Below are positions 37,727 through 47,256 of a stretch of 64,000 bases of DNA, in pieces. The stretch is taken from NCBI GenBank assembly GCA_001823535.1, contig MHUT01000011.1, forward strand, positions 9,864 to 73,863. Direction: 5' to 3'. Origin of the DNA: Candidatus Yonathbacteria bacterium RIFCSPHIGHO2_02_FULL_44_14 (lineage in GTDB: Bacteria > Patescibacteriota > Minisyncoccia > Phycocordibacterales > UBA1550). How positions within the stretch are numbered: position 1 is the stretch's first letter; the number at the start of each line of letters is the position of its first letter. A program made the translations under genes and the position numbers. Below the pieces are notes generated by a model that made no database searches, was not told the origin of the DNA, and saw only the letters and a list, made by a program, of their open reading frames with translations.

Positions 37727-38188
37727 TTAGTTGGTGACTTCACTCCACGTTGTGCTTGTTATGTCTCCATCGGTACCTAGAGCAACGACTACCTGTAAAG
37801 TACGTGTACTTGATTTCATTATCCCCTTTGCGGTGACTGTTTTTGCGGTGTCATTACCCGTCACGCTCATTTTTGCACAATCGTTACCGAGACTGCACCC
37901 GTTAGTACTAAAATCTACGGTATAGCAGTCAGTCGTTGCGCAAGTGTAACCCTTGTTACGCGCAATTCGTATTAGTGCATCGCGAGTACCAGACTCCGCA
38001 TAAAAAAGCGCTTTGTTAGATTGTATATTTCCTTGTGATACAAATGATTCTGTCAGAGAAACTGCGGTAATACCCACTGCAACCACGAGCGACATGACAC
38101 CAAGCATAATCACAGTAGGAAGCGTTGCGATACCGCTGGAAGAACATTTGATATACGACTTTTGGCATGCGCCCTTTTTGTTTGGCAT
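37727..38188 (-). CDS. minor pilin-like protein (PilX-like hydrophobic N-terminus)
   Basis: GIATLPTVIMLGVMSLVVAVGITAV N-terminal helix; last gene of pilus operon. Confidence 0.45.
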   Translation of the reverse strand: MPNKKGACQKSYIKCSSSGIATLPTVIMLGVMSLVVAVGITAVSLTESFVSQGNIQSNKALFYAESGTRDALIRIARNKGYTCATTDCYTVDFSTNGCSLGNDCAKMSVTGNDTAKTVTAKGIMKSSTRTLQVVVALGTDGDITSTTWSEVTN

Positions 38189-38214
38189 TTTATTAAATGT
38201 TAATTGTTTATCGT

Positions 38215-38736
38215 CTACCTAAAAGTAATTGTCGTACGCAGACTATCCGAGTATGACCAATCAGTGCTTAAGGAATTATAGCGCATCGTCATCGCGACTT
38301 GCATAGAAGTCGTTGTGGCATCCAATAAGGAATTATAATTTTCGAGTCGCGTAAAGGTGGGGACTTCAACAAGAACTGAATTACCTGTTGTCGTAGCAAC
38401 TACGCCATTCTCAATACGTCGTAGCGCACCCCCCAACACATCATAAACGACGGGGACTCCAGATACGGTAACACTTAGTGAACTTGAAGGAGTCCCAAGA
38501 GTTGGAGCGGAAACAGCAGAAGCATTTTTTACGTCCTGCTTGATTCGCTCAATTGCAAAGCGAATCGCACTATTCACTTCGCTCCGCGCTTCTGCTTGCC
38601 CTCGCCCCTTTGATAGGGAGATAAATGCATCGGAGATGATTACCATGAGTCCCGAAAGTATGGCAATATAGAGCAGAAGCTCAAGCAAGCTCATTCCGCG
38701 CTGGCATACTTTGTTTTTTGGAGAAAAAATTTTCAT
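38215..38736 (-). CDS. pseudopilin with prepilin-type N-terminal cleavage/methylation motif
   Basis: QRGMSLLELLLYIAILSGL; 4-nt overlap with upstream gene. Confidence 0.7.
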   Translation of the reverse strand: MKIFSPKNKVCQRGMSLLELLLYIAILSGLMVIISDAFISLSKGRGQAEARSEVNSAIRFAIERIKQDVKNASAVSAPTLGTPSSSLSVTVSGVPVVYDVLGGALRRIENGVVATTTGNSVLVEVPTFTRLENYNSLLDATTTSMQVAMTMRYNSLSTDWSYSDSLRTTITFR

Positions 38737-41693
38737 CTAATGGAAATGACGCTTGTTATTATTTGTCCGCTATCAAGCACCGCCTTGAGCTGCCAAGAAC
38801 CTGGCGACATCGTACTCGTGGAGAGATTAAAAAGGTAGTGCTGTCCGCTTGTATCATAGCGGAATTGATTTCCCGTATCTGCCACTGAGGTCGAAAGGGG
38901 TATTTCATCATTCCCAACCACGCTATCACTTATTTTTGCAACATAGAGGTATGCAAAAACCGAAGGTACCGCGTTATTATTCACATCACGCACTCCAAAT
39001 TTCACCGGCAATGTTCTTCCTTGGTTGTACACACCGCTTCCATCAGATTTAATAGGTGAAAGAAAGCCATTTGTTGCGTAGAGAACATTGAATGTACTGG
39101 TAGTAGTAGCGGTGTTGCCTTCATTATCCATCGCGACCAGTTCCAGCATATTTACTCCTGGCTTGACCATGGTTACCTGTTGTCCATTTATAACTGGATT
39201 CTCATTCAAGGTAGCGTTTAGAATTGCAATACCCGAGACATCGGTTGCATAGAATTGCGCCGTAGTGGTTGCGTTGAGGAGGTATTCACCTGAGGGGTAA
39301 ACGACTGAGATTGCGGGTGGGTCGATTTCAGTAAGACTGCTGTCGCTCTGAATAACGCGGTCAACAACACCATCTCCGTTGGTATCAATGCCTACGGTCA
39401 CCCCACGCTCTCCACGGTCAAGCGCATCCCAATCAATAAAATATTCGTGGATTTCACCCGGGGTGGCGGGGATGTTTGTGGCATAAAAAGTCCGTAAAAT
39501 ATCATTCTGTGTGAATTCAACTCGGAAACCGTATGTTCCTATTCCCGTTCCGATTACACGATATGTATACGGATTATGAGGGAAGAATATTACCCCTCCG
39601 TCTGCATCACGGTCATACCGTGAGAAAGGAATTTCTTCTCTGATTACGGAAGTTCCGTCAAAACCTGTAGCTCGCCCAAGTGAATCAATCACCTCAATTT
39701 CAACAGGACTAAACTTCTTGAACTCAATTCGGTTTGCATTTGCAAGCTTCAATTTTTCAATAAGTTGATCATTGTTTGCATAGTCAATCCCTGGGAAATA
39801 TATCGACAAATCGCGCAAAGAATTCGAGATTTGTTTCAGGTAGTTACCCGTCAATACTTTTCCATTGTATCCCCATGTGGCAAGAACGCGTTCAATATCT
39901 TGGCAGCTATATACCAATGTCCCAATCGTTAGCTGTGCATCAGGACATTTCCTGCGATACTTCTCTTGCAGTGTACGAAAACCGTCTTTGATGTTTGCAT
40001 AAATCCCCTGCAAAGCATTTGAGTAGTACTTACTTGTGGGAAAATTCGTCCGGCAATCCCCTGTTTTGGGATAATTTTTAAGAGCACTTCCCAAGCCCTT
40101 GAATCCCTCACTGGTGATTTGCATAATACCAATTCCGCCGTCTTGCGCACTGGAACAAATTTCGTTATCAAGTGTGCCTGCCGACTCGTGTCCTGCAATA
40201 GCAAGCACAAGTTCTTTAGGGTATGAAGCTCCTTGAATAAATCTTTGGAAATTATTTAAACTATCATGTCCGCCACCTCCGCCATAGAGAGAGCTTGAAG
40301 TTGCTGTCGCAGTGTAGTAAGTATCTACTGCCTGTAGGATTACGGGGGTACGGGCTTCCTTTGTTTGATATGGCATGGTGGTTGCTTTTGCATCAAGAGT
40401 TGATTGAGCATTTGCGTCATACGGAAGATATATTGTTCCCGTGCTTATCTCTCTAGCCACCATCCAGCCAATGGCACCATCAGTCACATCAACCACTCCG
40501 TACCATTGGTACCCGTCGAGTTCGATAGTTTGCCCCGTAACAGTATCAGTCGTCGTTGCGACTTTGAGCACCCAGTCGGCGGGGACAGTTTTTATAACAT
40601 CACTTGCCGGTTTGTCAGTTTGTGTTCCCGTTATTTTTGTTCCCGCTGTTTGACGGAGTTTAAAAACTCCGCCGGAATGATTAACTTGAGAAAAAAATTG
40701 AGGTAGTTGGGGACCCCCGATTGCTATTTTACTCACGGTGTTGGAATATTGGTTTGCCACCCAGACAGAGTTCGTAACATTGTCGAAGGCGATGCCATTA
40801 GGATAATTCCCGACTGAATAATCAACCTTTGTACCGGTAAATATGTCTATCTTGCTTACGGATCTGGAAAAATAGTTTGTCACCCAGATAGAGTTCGTAA
40901 CATTATCGAAGGCGATGCCAATAGGATATGCTCCGACTGAATAATCAACCTTTGTACCGGTAAATATGTCTATCTTGCTTACGGTACCAGAGCCAACATT
41001 TGCAACCCAGACAGAATTAGTAACGCTATCGAAAGCAAGGCGATATGGCGACAGCCCAACAGGATAATCAACTCTTGAGCCACTAAATATGTCTACCTTG
41101 CTTACGGTACCAGAGCCAACATTTGCAACCCAGACAGAGTTCGTAACATTATCGAAGGCGACACCAGCAGAATCAACCCCGACTGAATAATCAACCTTTG
41201 TACCGGTAAATATGTCTATCTTGCTTACGGTATAATTGTTTGCCACCCAGACAGAGTTCGTAACATTATCGAAGGCGACACCAGCAGGATACATTCCTAT
41301 AGGATAATCAACTCTCGCACCGGTAACAATATTTATTTTACTTACGGATCTGGAAAAATAGTTTGTCACCCAGATAGAGTTCGTAACACTGTCGAAGGCG
41401 ATGCCATTATTCGACACCCCAACTGAATAATCAACCTTTGTACCGGTAAATATGTCTATCTTGCTTACGGTATAGGACTGACTCCCAACCCAAATAGAGT
41501 TGGTAATATTGTCAAAGGCAACCACTGTTGGATACGATCCGACAGCATAATCAGTTCTGGTGCCTGCTGGCGAATTCACAACTTGCGCGAAGGCAATATC
41601 GACAAAAGAAAAAAACGAAAAAAGGAGAATTATAGAACCTATGGTCCTTATTAAAGAAACTTTAGAAAATCGTGATATCAAATTTTGGGACAT
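38733..41693 (-). CDS. secreted fusion protein: 7-8 YVTN-type beta-propeller repeats + SLT lytic transglycosylase domain + C-terminal Ig-like domains
   Basis: Signal peptide; ~40-aa repeats VDYSVG.YP.GIAFDNVTNSVWVAN...VSKIDIFTG x8; SLT motif IAGHESAG...SAQDGGIGIMQIT. Confidence 0.7.
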   Translation of the reverse strand: MSQNLISRFSKVSLIRTIGSIILLFSFFSFVDIAFAQVVNSPAGTRTDYAVGSYPTVVAFDNITNSIWVGSQSYTVSKIDIFTGTKVDYSVGVSNNGIAFDSVTNSIWVTNYFSRSVSKINIVTGARVDYPIGMYPAGVAFDNVTNSVWVANNYTVSKIDIFTGTKVDYSVGVDSAGVAFDNVTNSVWVANVGSGTVSKVDIFSGSRVDYPVGLSPYRLAFDSVTNSVWVANVGSGTVSKIDIFTGTKVDYSVGAYPIGIAFDNVTNSIWVTNYFSRSVSKIDIFTGTKVDYSVGNYPNGIAFDNVTNSVWVANQYSNTVSKIAIGGPQLPQFFSQVNHSGGVFKLRQTAGTKITGTQTDKPASDVIKTVPADWVLKVATTTDTVTGQTIELDGYQWYGVVDVTDGAIGWMVAREISTGTIYLPYDANAQSTLDAKATTMPYQTKEARTPVILQAVDTYYTATATSSSLYGGGGGHDSLNNFQRFIQGASYPKELVLAIAGHESAGTLDNEICSSAQDGGIGIMQITSEGFKGLGSALKNYPKTGDCRTNFPTSKYYSNALQGIYANIKDGFRTLQEKYRRKCPDAQLTIGTLVYSCQDIERVLATWGYNGKVLTGNYLKQISNSLRDLSIYFPGIDYANNDQLIEKLKLANANRIEFKKFSPVEIEVIDSLGRATGFDGTSVIREEIPFSRYDRDADGGVIFFPHNPYTYRVIGTGIGTYGFRVEFTQNDILRTFYATNIPATPGEIHEYFIDWDALDRGERGVTVGIDTNGDGVVDRVIQSDSSLTEIDPPAISVVYPSGEYLLNATTTAQFYATDVSGIAILNATLNENPVINGQQVTMVKPGVNMLELVAMDNEGNTATTTSTFNVLYATNGFLSPIKSDGSGVYNQGRTLPVKFGVRDVNNNAVPSVFAYLYVAKISDSVVGNDEIPLSTSVADTGNQFRYDTSGQHYLFNLSTSTMSPGSWQLKAVLDSGQIITSVISIR

Positions 41694-41741
41694 ATTTTAT
41701 TAAATTAGACACATTACGACATACCATTTCACATAAAACCC

Positions 41742-43388
41742 CTATGATGCATAGTTTACCACAATGCGAGTAATGGTGGGGGTAACTGTTCCTGGTGTTG
41801 TGCAGTCTCCCGAGCAAAGTTTTACCTTATACCGATAGTATCTTTGATTATTATGATACGTTGATGAGCATTTCAGCTCAACTGGTTGATCTTGATTTAC
41901 GGTATCATACCAAAAAACACTACCGCAACTCACTCCGTCTGAACCGATATAACTCCATGATCCTAAATCATTACAAGCTGGGGCATTTGTTTTTCCATTC
42001 GCGCAATCTGATGTAGCAAACTGAAATTTAACCTTTGTTCCAACGGGAAACGTTCCTTTCCACATTATTGAATTATATCCTCCACCGTCACCCGCTGTTG
42101 CCCAAAACGAATTCGAATCAAAAACGGAAGATGTAACAATTCCTGATGTATTTTTGTTTGCGACACCGCCCACAGCTGTGCCGCAGATCTTATTAGAATA
42201 CGCTGTTGAACCGCCTACGTGGGCATTCGTTAATAAAGAAGAAATGGAGGCAATGATTGCATCATACCCGGTGCAATTGTTTGCTTGATACGCTACCGAA
42301 ACAGTGCCCCCTGACGGTACGGACATACAGGCATTATTGGCGCTTGAGTAATTCGATTGATCATTTCTTTCTGCATGTGCGTTCGTCAGTCCAGACAATT
42401 TCAATACAACCGCAGAAGGTGCGGTGCATGAGTTACCAAGACCAGTAACTCCTGAACAGCAGATGACATTCCCTGTATAGTTTCCGTTTGATTGGCTGGG
42501 CAATTCCGCATGAGCATTTGTTGCGCCCGACATTCTGAGTATCGTCGTTCCACCACTGCTTGTACAAGCAGCCGCAGTGCTAACTGAGCAGGAAAGTGTT
42601 CCTGATGGTGGCGCTGCAACAGTAGCCTTGTAGGTGGCAATTAGGTCAATTGAGTCATTCGCCCCACTCAATGTGCCGGTAGCGTTATAGGTGCCGATAC
42701 TAGAAACAATCTGATACTCAGTAAAGATTGTCATATTGGAAGAAGCCGCAGAACCACTAGTACCCGCGCTAGGTAATGCAGTAAAGATTCCACCTGCGGT
42801 AAATGTAGTTGTGGGAGGGGCTTCACTGGTAAAAGACCCAAAGAGCAATTCATCTGCCTGCGCAGTCGAGGCAGTGGCAGTGGAATCAAGGGCAGTAGTA
42901 AGACTATATGTTTTTGCTGTCTGATCGAGGGCACTAGCAGTCAATAACCCAGAAAATTCAGTTGCACTCATGGCACTCGCATTAAGACTTGTGTGTGTAA
43001 CGGTAATTGTATCCCCGCTCACTAGCGCGGTAGTAATAGGTGCTGAACAAATAGAGCCTTGTTTCGAGTTATTGTAATTATACTCAACATCAGTGGTATA
43101 AGTGTTCCCTTTTGAATCAGAACATACAGGAATAAGCGGTGGAGGATTAGCCGAACTGTAGTCCGAAGCAATGCCAATGATTACCGTATTGCCGGAAGCG
43201 ACCCCTCCGGCTGGTACAGTAATCTGTAATTGCGTATGTGCGCCTTTTTGAGCTACGGCACCGATATTTTGAACTAAAGCGATCGCTGCATGGGCTTGGT
43301 TAACATCAATACAAAAAACAAATAAAATTGTTAGAATTGATCCTCGAAGGATTCTTTTACTTAAAAATTTAGTTGCAAAAAGACTCAT
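41742..43388 (-). CDS. secreted Cys/Thr/Ser-rich protein with three SG.TNAHAE repeats (possible pilus-associated adhesin)
   Basis: Signal peptide; low-complexity T/S/A/G-rich; no family recognised. Confidence 0.45.
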   Translation of the reverse strand: MSLFATKFLSKRILRGSILTILFVFCIDVNQAHAAIALVQNIGAVAQKGAHTQLQITVPAGGVASGNTVIIGIASDYSSANPPPLIPVCSDSKGNTYTTDVEYNYNNSKQGSICSAPITTALVSGDTITVTHTSLNASAMSATEFSGLLTASALDQTAKTYSLTTALDSTATASTAQADELLFGSFTSEAPPTTTFTAGGIFTALPSAGTSGSAASSNMTIFTEYQIVSSIGTYNATGTLSGANDSIDLIATYKATVAAPPSGTLSCSVSTAAACTSSGGTTILRMSGATNAHAELPSQSNGNYTGNVICCSGVTGLGNSCTAPSAVVLKLSGLTNAHAERNDQSNYSSANNACMSVPSGGTVSVAYQANNCTGYDAIIASISSLLTNAHVGGSTAYSNKICGTAVGGVANKNTSGIVTSSVFDSNSFWATAGDGGGYNSIMWKGTFPVGTKVKFQFATSDCANGKTNAPACNDLGSWSYIGSDGVSCGSVFWYDTVNQDQPVELKCSSTYHNNQRYYRYKVKLCSGDCTTPGTVTPTITRIVVNYAS

Positions 43389-43459
43389 TTTTAATTACTT
43401 CATTGCTCAAGGGGAATCAAGCAAATTTTATGATACCACCGCCCAAAATCACTATCTTT

Positions 43460-44374
43460 TTAATAAGCACTATATTTACACCAACTTCCTTCTTTTATAA
43501 CGATACCATTTGATGTCGCTGTCTCTGGCTTAAATCTCATCTGGAGTGTCCCAGCGTTTGCGCCATTACTCCAAAAACCAGAAAATCGAGCACTGTTGTT
43601 TGTCGTAGCAACTGATGCTGTGGTAACAGCACCGGTATCATCACCTACAATGGTTGTTCCTCCAACCGTCGCAGTGGTAATACCAGAAACCATTTGCGCG
43701 CTGGTGATGAGCGGTGACGATGGTCCAGTCCATCCAACACCGAGTCCTCTGGTGGTAGCACTAGCATCATATAGGATATAACATTCAATATCGTACCGTG
43801 TATTTGCACTAATCGCCCAAGAAAGACCTGTTATGTTCTGATAGGCAGTCGAGGCTGTGCTCCCGACATCGGCAGTAGTAACCACATAGGTCGCGCCACC
43901 TCCTGCGGAAGTCTGATCAGTCCCACAAGAAAAAAGGTTTGTGGTACTGTCGTAAAGAAGCTTTGCATTTGTGCCAGAACAGCTCGACGGTAATGAGCGA
44001 GCCGTGTATGCCGAAGTAGAGTCCCCAACCAACACCGCATCAGAGACAGAAGCAGTGAGACCGGTTCCTCCTTGCGCAACCGTAACGGCACTATTGCTTG
44101 TCAAAACTGACGCAGCTGCGTCAGGAAAGGTAAATGTTCTTTCTGTTGTAGGTCCAGTCACAGAAAAGAACGCTGAACCAGTACCACCATTTGCAACAGG
44201 AAGAATACCTGTCACTTGTGCTGTCAAATCAACAAGGACATCTCCAACCTCTGACCATGTGTGTCCGGGGTTTGGCGCAACCGCATTAACAACCGTGATT
44301 ACAGAAAATGCAACACCAAGGAGAAGCAGGGCTGTTAATGTTTTGTTTGGTGTAAATTTGGGGAATTTTTTCAT
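43460..44374 (-). CDS. secreted hypothetical protein
   Basis: Signal peptide MKKFPKF...LLLLGVAFSVITVVNA; T/S/A-rich. Confidence 0.45.
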   Translation of the reverse strand: MKKFPKFTPNKTLTALLLLGVAFSVITVVNAVAPNPGHTWSEVGDVLVDLTAQVTGILPVANGGTGSAFFSVTGPTTERTFTFPDAAASVLTSNSAVTVAQGGTGLTASVSDAVLVGDSTSAYTARSLPSSCSGTNAKLLYDSTTNLFSCGTDQTSAGGGATYVVTTADVGSTASTAYQNITGLSWAISANTRYDIECYILYDASATTRGLGVGWTGPSSPLITSAQMVSGITTATVGGTTIVGDDTGAVTTASVATTNNSARFSGFWSNGANAGTLQMRFKPETATSNGIVIKEGSWCKYSAY

Positions 44375-44444
44375 ATTAAAATTATGTGGCGACTGCTTAA
44401 TTGTTTCTTATATTTTACCTTGTATCAATAATGAGGGCAAGCAT

Positions 44445-45107
44445 TTATATCAACTTGAGCGTGCCTGTTGAAGTAGATACTGTGGCATCAATGGTATCGT
44501 AGGTTGTCGTACCGCACGATTGAACCGAATCCCCCGACAAACCATTCCCCACCCATCCCGACTGACTGCACACCATATTTCTCCATCGGAAAAAATATTC
44601 GGAAATTGCAACGGGGTCGGCGTTCGGCCATGAGACGGTTACGGTCGCTTTTTGAGTTGAAGGATCATCGATGTAATCTGTGGCGAGCGGTGTGCAGGTG
44701 GTACTACTTGCAATGGAACGGGTTGAATCACTACATCGATTCACATTTTCTATAATTACATAGAGTGTGTATGTTACACCGTTAAGAACAACCGTTTGGC
44801 TCCCCGTTCCCAATGTCCATTTCCCCACAGGCACAGTCGAAGTGGCGTAGTACTGCGACCCCTTTGTAAGACCGTAAATATTCTGCCACTTTTCTTCAGT
44901 AGTTCCGCGCACCGCTTCAAGCCCTTCGTTTGCAAGACCAAGCGCCACATCGCGCTCGCTCGACACTTTGTTGCTTTGCAAACTCACAAACACTGCCTCA
45001 CTTCCCGTAGATAGGATAACGGCAAGCAGAGCGATCACAATAAGAAGCTCAAGAAGGAGGGACCCGCGGTTGTACTTTAGGATATTAAATTTTAGATTGT
45101 GTCTCAT
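44445..45107 (-). CDS. pseudopilin (prepilin N-terminal motif)
   Basis: NRGSLLLELLIVIALLAVIL. Confidence 0.7.
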   Translation of the reverse strand: MRHNLKFNILKYNRGSLLLELLIVIALLAVILSTGSEAVFVSLQSNKVSSERDVALGLANEGLEAVRGTTEEKWQNIYGLTKGSQYYATSTVPVGKWTLGTGSQTVVLNGVTYTLYVIIENVNRCSDSTRSIASSTTCTPLATDYIDDPSTQKATVTVSWPNADPVAISEYFFRWRNMVCSQSGWVGNGLSGDSVQSCGTTTYDTIDATVSTSTGTLKLI

Positions 45108-45109
45108 GT

Positions 45110-45556
45110 TTAATATATTGTTCCGATGCTTGAGATTGTTGTTGTTGCGGTTGCTCCCTCTTGAGTGATACTTGTCGTAGTTGCCGCAGGTATGGTGCCA
45201 GAAATTTTATTGAAGATGACGTCTTTGTATCCTGATGCAGGGTCAGAAAATCTGATGCCGGACGATAAGGTGGTGGTGGCCGTAGTGGTAGAGTTTGTGC
45301 CGTCTGTTGAAAATGTTATGTAATAATCTCCGCTGGTATTTTTTACAAAACGCACGCCCCATTTATATCCGCTCTCGCCTATCATTGATTTCGCACGCAT
45401 TTGTTGCAAATCGCTCACAATCATTTTTGAAGCAGATTGAATTTCCATATTTTTGACAACACCACGATAGAACCCAGATCCGGTAACTGCGAGCACTGCC
45501 ATGATTGCTATCACGATGAGGAGCTCTAAAAGCGAAAATCCGCGCGAAGTATGCAT
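45110..45556 (-). CDS. pseudopilin (GspH/FimT-like)
   Basis: SRGFSLLELLIVIAIMAVLAV. Confidence 0.7.
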   Translation of the reverse strand: MHTSRGFSLLELLIVIAIMAVLAVTGSGFYRGVVKNMEIQSASKMIVSDLQQMRAKSMIGESGYKWGVRFVKNTSGDYYITFSTDGTNSTTTATTTLSSGIRFSDPASGYKDVIFNKISGTIPAATTTSITQEGATATTTISSIGTIY

Positions 45557-45559
45557 ATT

Positions 45560-46774
45560 TTAAGTAAAATGACCTACTAATTGATAAATCGGCAGAATAA
45601 TAGAGAATGCGATAGATCCGACAAGGAGTCCCATAATAAGAAGCAGTGCCGGTTCGAGGATAGCGGTTAAGTCTTTGAGCTTGTTATCAACATCTTCCTC
45701 GTAAAAATCAGAGAAAGTGACTAGAATTTCTGACAACGAACCCGTGCGCTCCCCCACTGTTACCAAACTTAAAAGTAAGCGCGGGAAGAGTTTCGGAAAT
45801 TTTGCAAGAGCGTCAGAAATAGAGAGGCCGTTTTTAATGTCTTCAATCACAGCAGTAATTGCCATTTCATACTTTTGATTACCAATAGATTGAGCGGCAG
45901 ATTCAAGCGATGAGACCGCGGAAAGCCCGCCTGCCATCAAATTTCCTAAAGTACGAGAAAATCGAACAAGGGCAACTTTTCTTACGAGATCGTCCGCTAC
46001 GGGGATCCGTGAAATGATCAAGAAAAAAAACTTCTTCCCCATGCGAGTCGTACGAAAATAAAGAAAAAACCAGATAACAAAAACAAGTGCGGCAGCATCA
46101 AGCATGAAGCTGTAGGTAAGCATACTGGAAAGTCCAAGAAAAAACTTGGTAACCCACGGGAGGTCCACACCGCTCGATGCAAATGCCTTGGTGAGACGCG
46201 GGAGCACAAAAATAAGTAAAAGTGACACGACCCCAACAGAAGCGATGAGAAGAATGACGGGGTAAGTCAATGCAGATTTGACCTTTGCACGAAGCGCATA
46301 TTCCTTTGAAAGATACTGCGAGAGCTCGGCAAGAGTGCGGTCCAGCTGCCCAGATGCCTCTCCGGCACGGAGCATTCCAAGAAAAACAGGGGGGAATGAA
46401 TTTGCATAATTTCCAAAACCTAATGAAAGGGGTTGGCCATTTTTTACCAATGCTTGAACCTCCTGAAGGGTGTTCTTCATAATCTTTTTTTCAGTATCGG
46501 CAATTAAAATATCAAGCGCTTCTACGATAGAGAGGCCCGCCTTTATGGTCGCTGAGAGGTTGCGCGTCAAAAACAAAATATCAACCGGAGTAATTTTTTC
46601 AAAAAGCGAAAATGAAAGATCAAGCACGCCCTTGCTGGCGCGGAGAGCCTCCACAGAGATGGGGTTTAAATCGCGACGAAGCAAGTAGTCGACAACTTCT
46701 TCGCGAGTACTTGCTTCGTACTCCCCTCGCACAATTGCCCCGTCGCGATTATACCCTTCATAAATAAAAATCAT
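45560..46774 (-). CDS. pilC: type IV pilus / T2SS platform protein PilC/GspF
   Basis: Two T2SF domains, 3 TM segments, ~400 aa; start trimmed to ATG 46774 (MIFIYEGY). Confidence 0.85.
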   Translation of the reverse strand: MIFIYEGYNRDGAIVRGEYEASTREEVVDYLLRRDLNPISVEALRASKGVLDLSFSLFEKITPVDILFLTRNLSATIKAGLSIVEALDILIADTEKKIMKNTLQEVQALVKNGQPLSLGFGNYANSFPPVFLGMLRAGEASGQLDRTLAELSQYLSKEYALRAKVKSALTYPVILLIASVGVVSLLLIFVLPRLTKAFASSGVDLPWVTKFFLGLSSMLTYSFMLDAAALVFVIWFFLYFRTTRMGKKFFFLIISRIPVADDLVRKVALVRFSRTLGNLMAGGLSAVSSLESAAQSIGNQKYEMAITAVIEDIKNGLSISDALAKFPKLFPRLLLSLVTVGERTGSLSEILVTFSDFYEEDVDNKLKDLTAILEPALLLIMGLLVGSIAFSIILPIYQLVGHFT

Positions 46775-46783
46775 AATGAAAAG

Positions 46784-47248
46784 ACAATTAACATTTGACA
46801 ATTAACATTTGACGGGGATTTTATAATCATTTTATTGGTGATTTTAACAAACTCTTACGAAAGGCTGTGAGTTGATTTGCGAGAACCTCCGCTCCACTCA
46901 AACAATCCTTATGTTCCGTAATTGTAAAGTACTCACTATCTAACGCAATGTCGCAACATGCAACAACCTCATTAAGAGAAGTATGCGACATATTTAGAAA
47001 ATGTGCAAAGTCCTTATCTGTCATACGGTCCGACCCCTCGGCGATATTAAGAATGATGGAATCAAGCGCTCGAGATATTTGAGCGAGCAACGAAAACTGC
47101 TCCGTGTATGGAAACTTTTTCTTTGTTAATATTTTTACATTATGCACAAAAATACGAGCATCGCCATACACGGGAAATTGCCTAAATCTAAATTTTTTGT
47201 TCTGTGTTTGCATCTTAGTCAAATGTCACTGGTCAATTGTCAAATGTT
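46784..47248. mobile_element. ~465-bp cassette bounded by imperfect ~30-bp inverted repeats, carrying a four-helix-bundle gene, inserted between pilB and pilC
   Basis: Left end acaattaacatttg x2 + ac (46784-46813); right end 47218-47248 gtcaaatgtcactggtcaattgtcaaatgtt, whose reverse complement shares aacatttgacaatt and acatttgac. Confidence 0.5.
46827..47213 (-). CDS. four-helix-bundle protein (23S rRNA intervening-sequence protein family, PF05635/TIGR02436)
   Basis: FSLLAQISRALDSIILNIAEGSDRMTDKDFAHFLNMSHTSLNEVVACCDIALDSEY matches the family pattern (...RA..SI..NIAEG..R....DF..FL..A.GSL.E). Confidence 0.7.
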   Translation of the reverse strand: MQTQNKKFRFRQFPVYGDARIFVHNVKILTKKKFPYTEQFSLLAQISRALDSIILNIAEGSDRMTDKDFAHFLNMSHTSLNEVVACCDIALDSEYFTITEHKDCLSGAEVLANQLTAFRKSLLKSPIK

Positions 47249-47256
47249 CCCCAATT

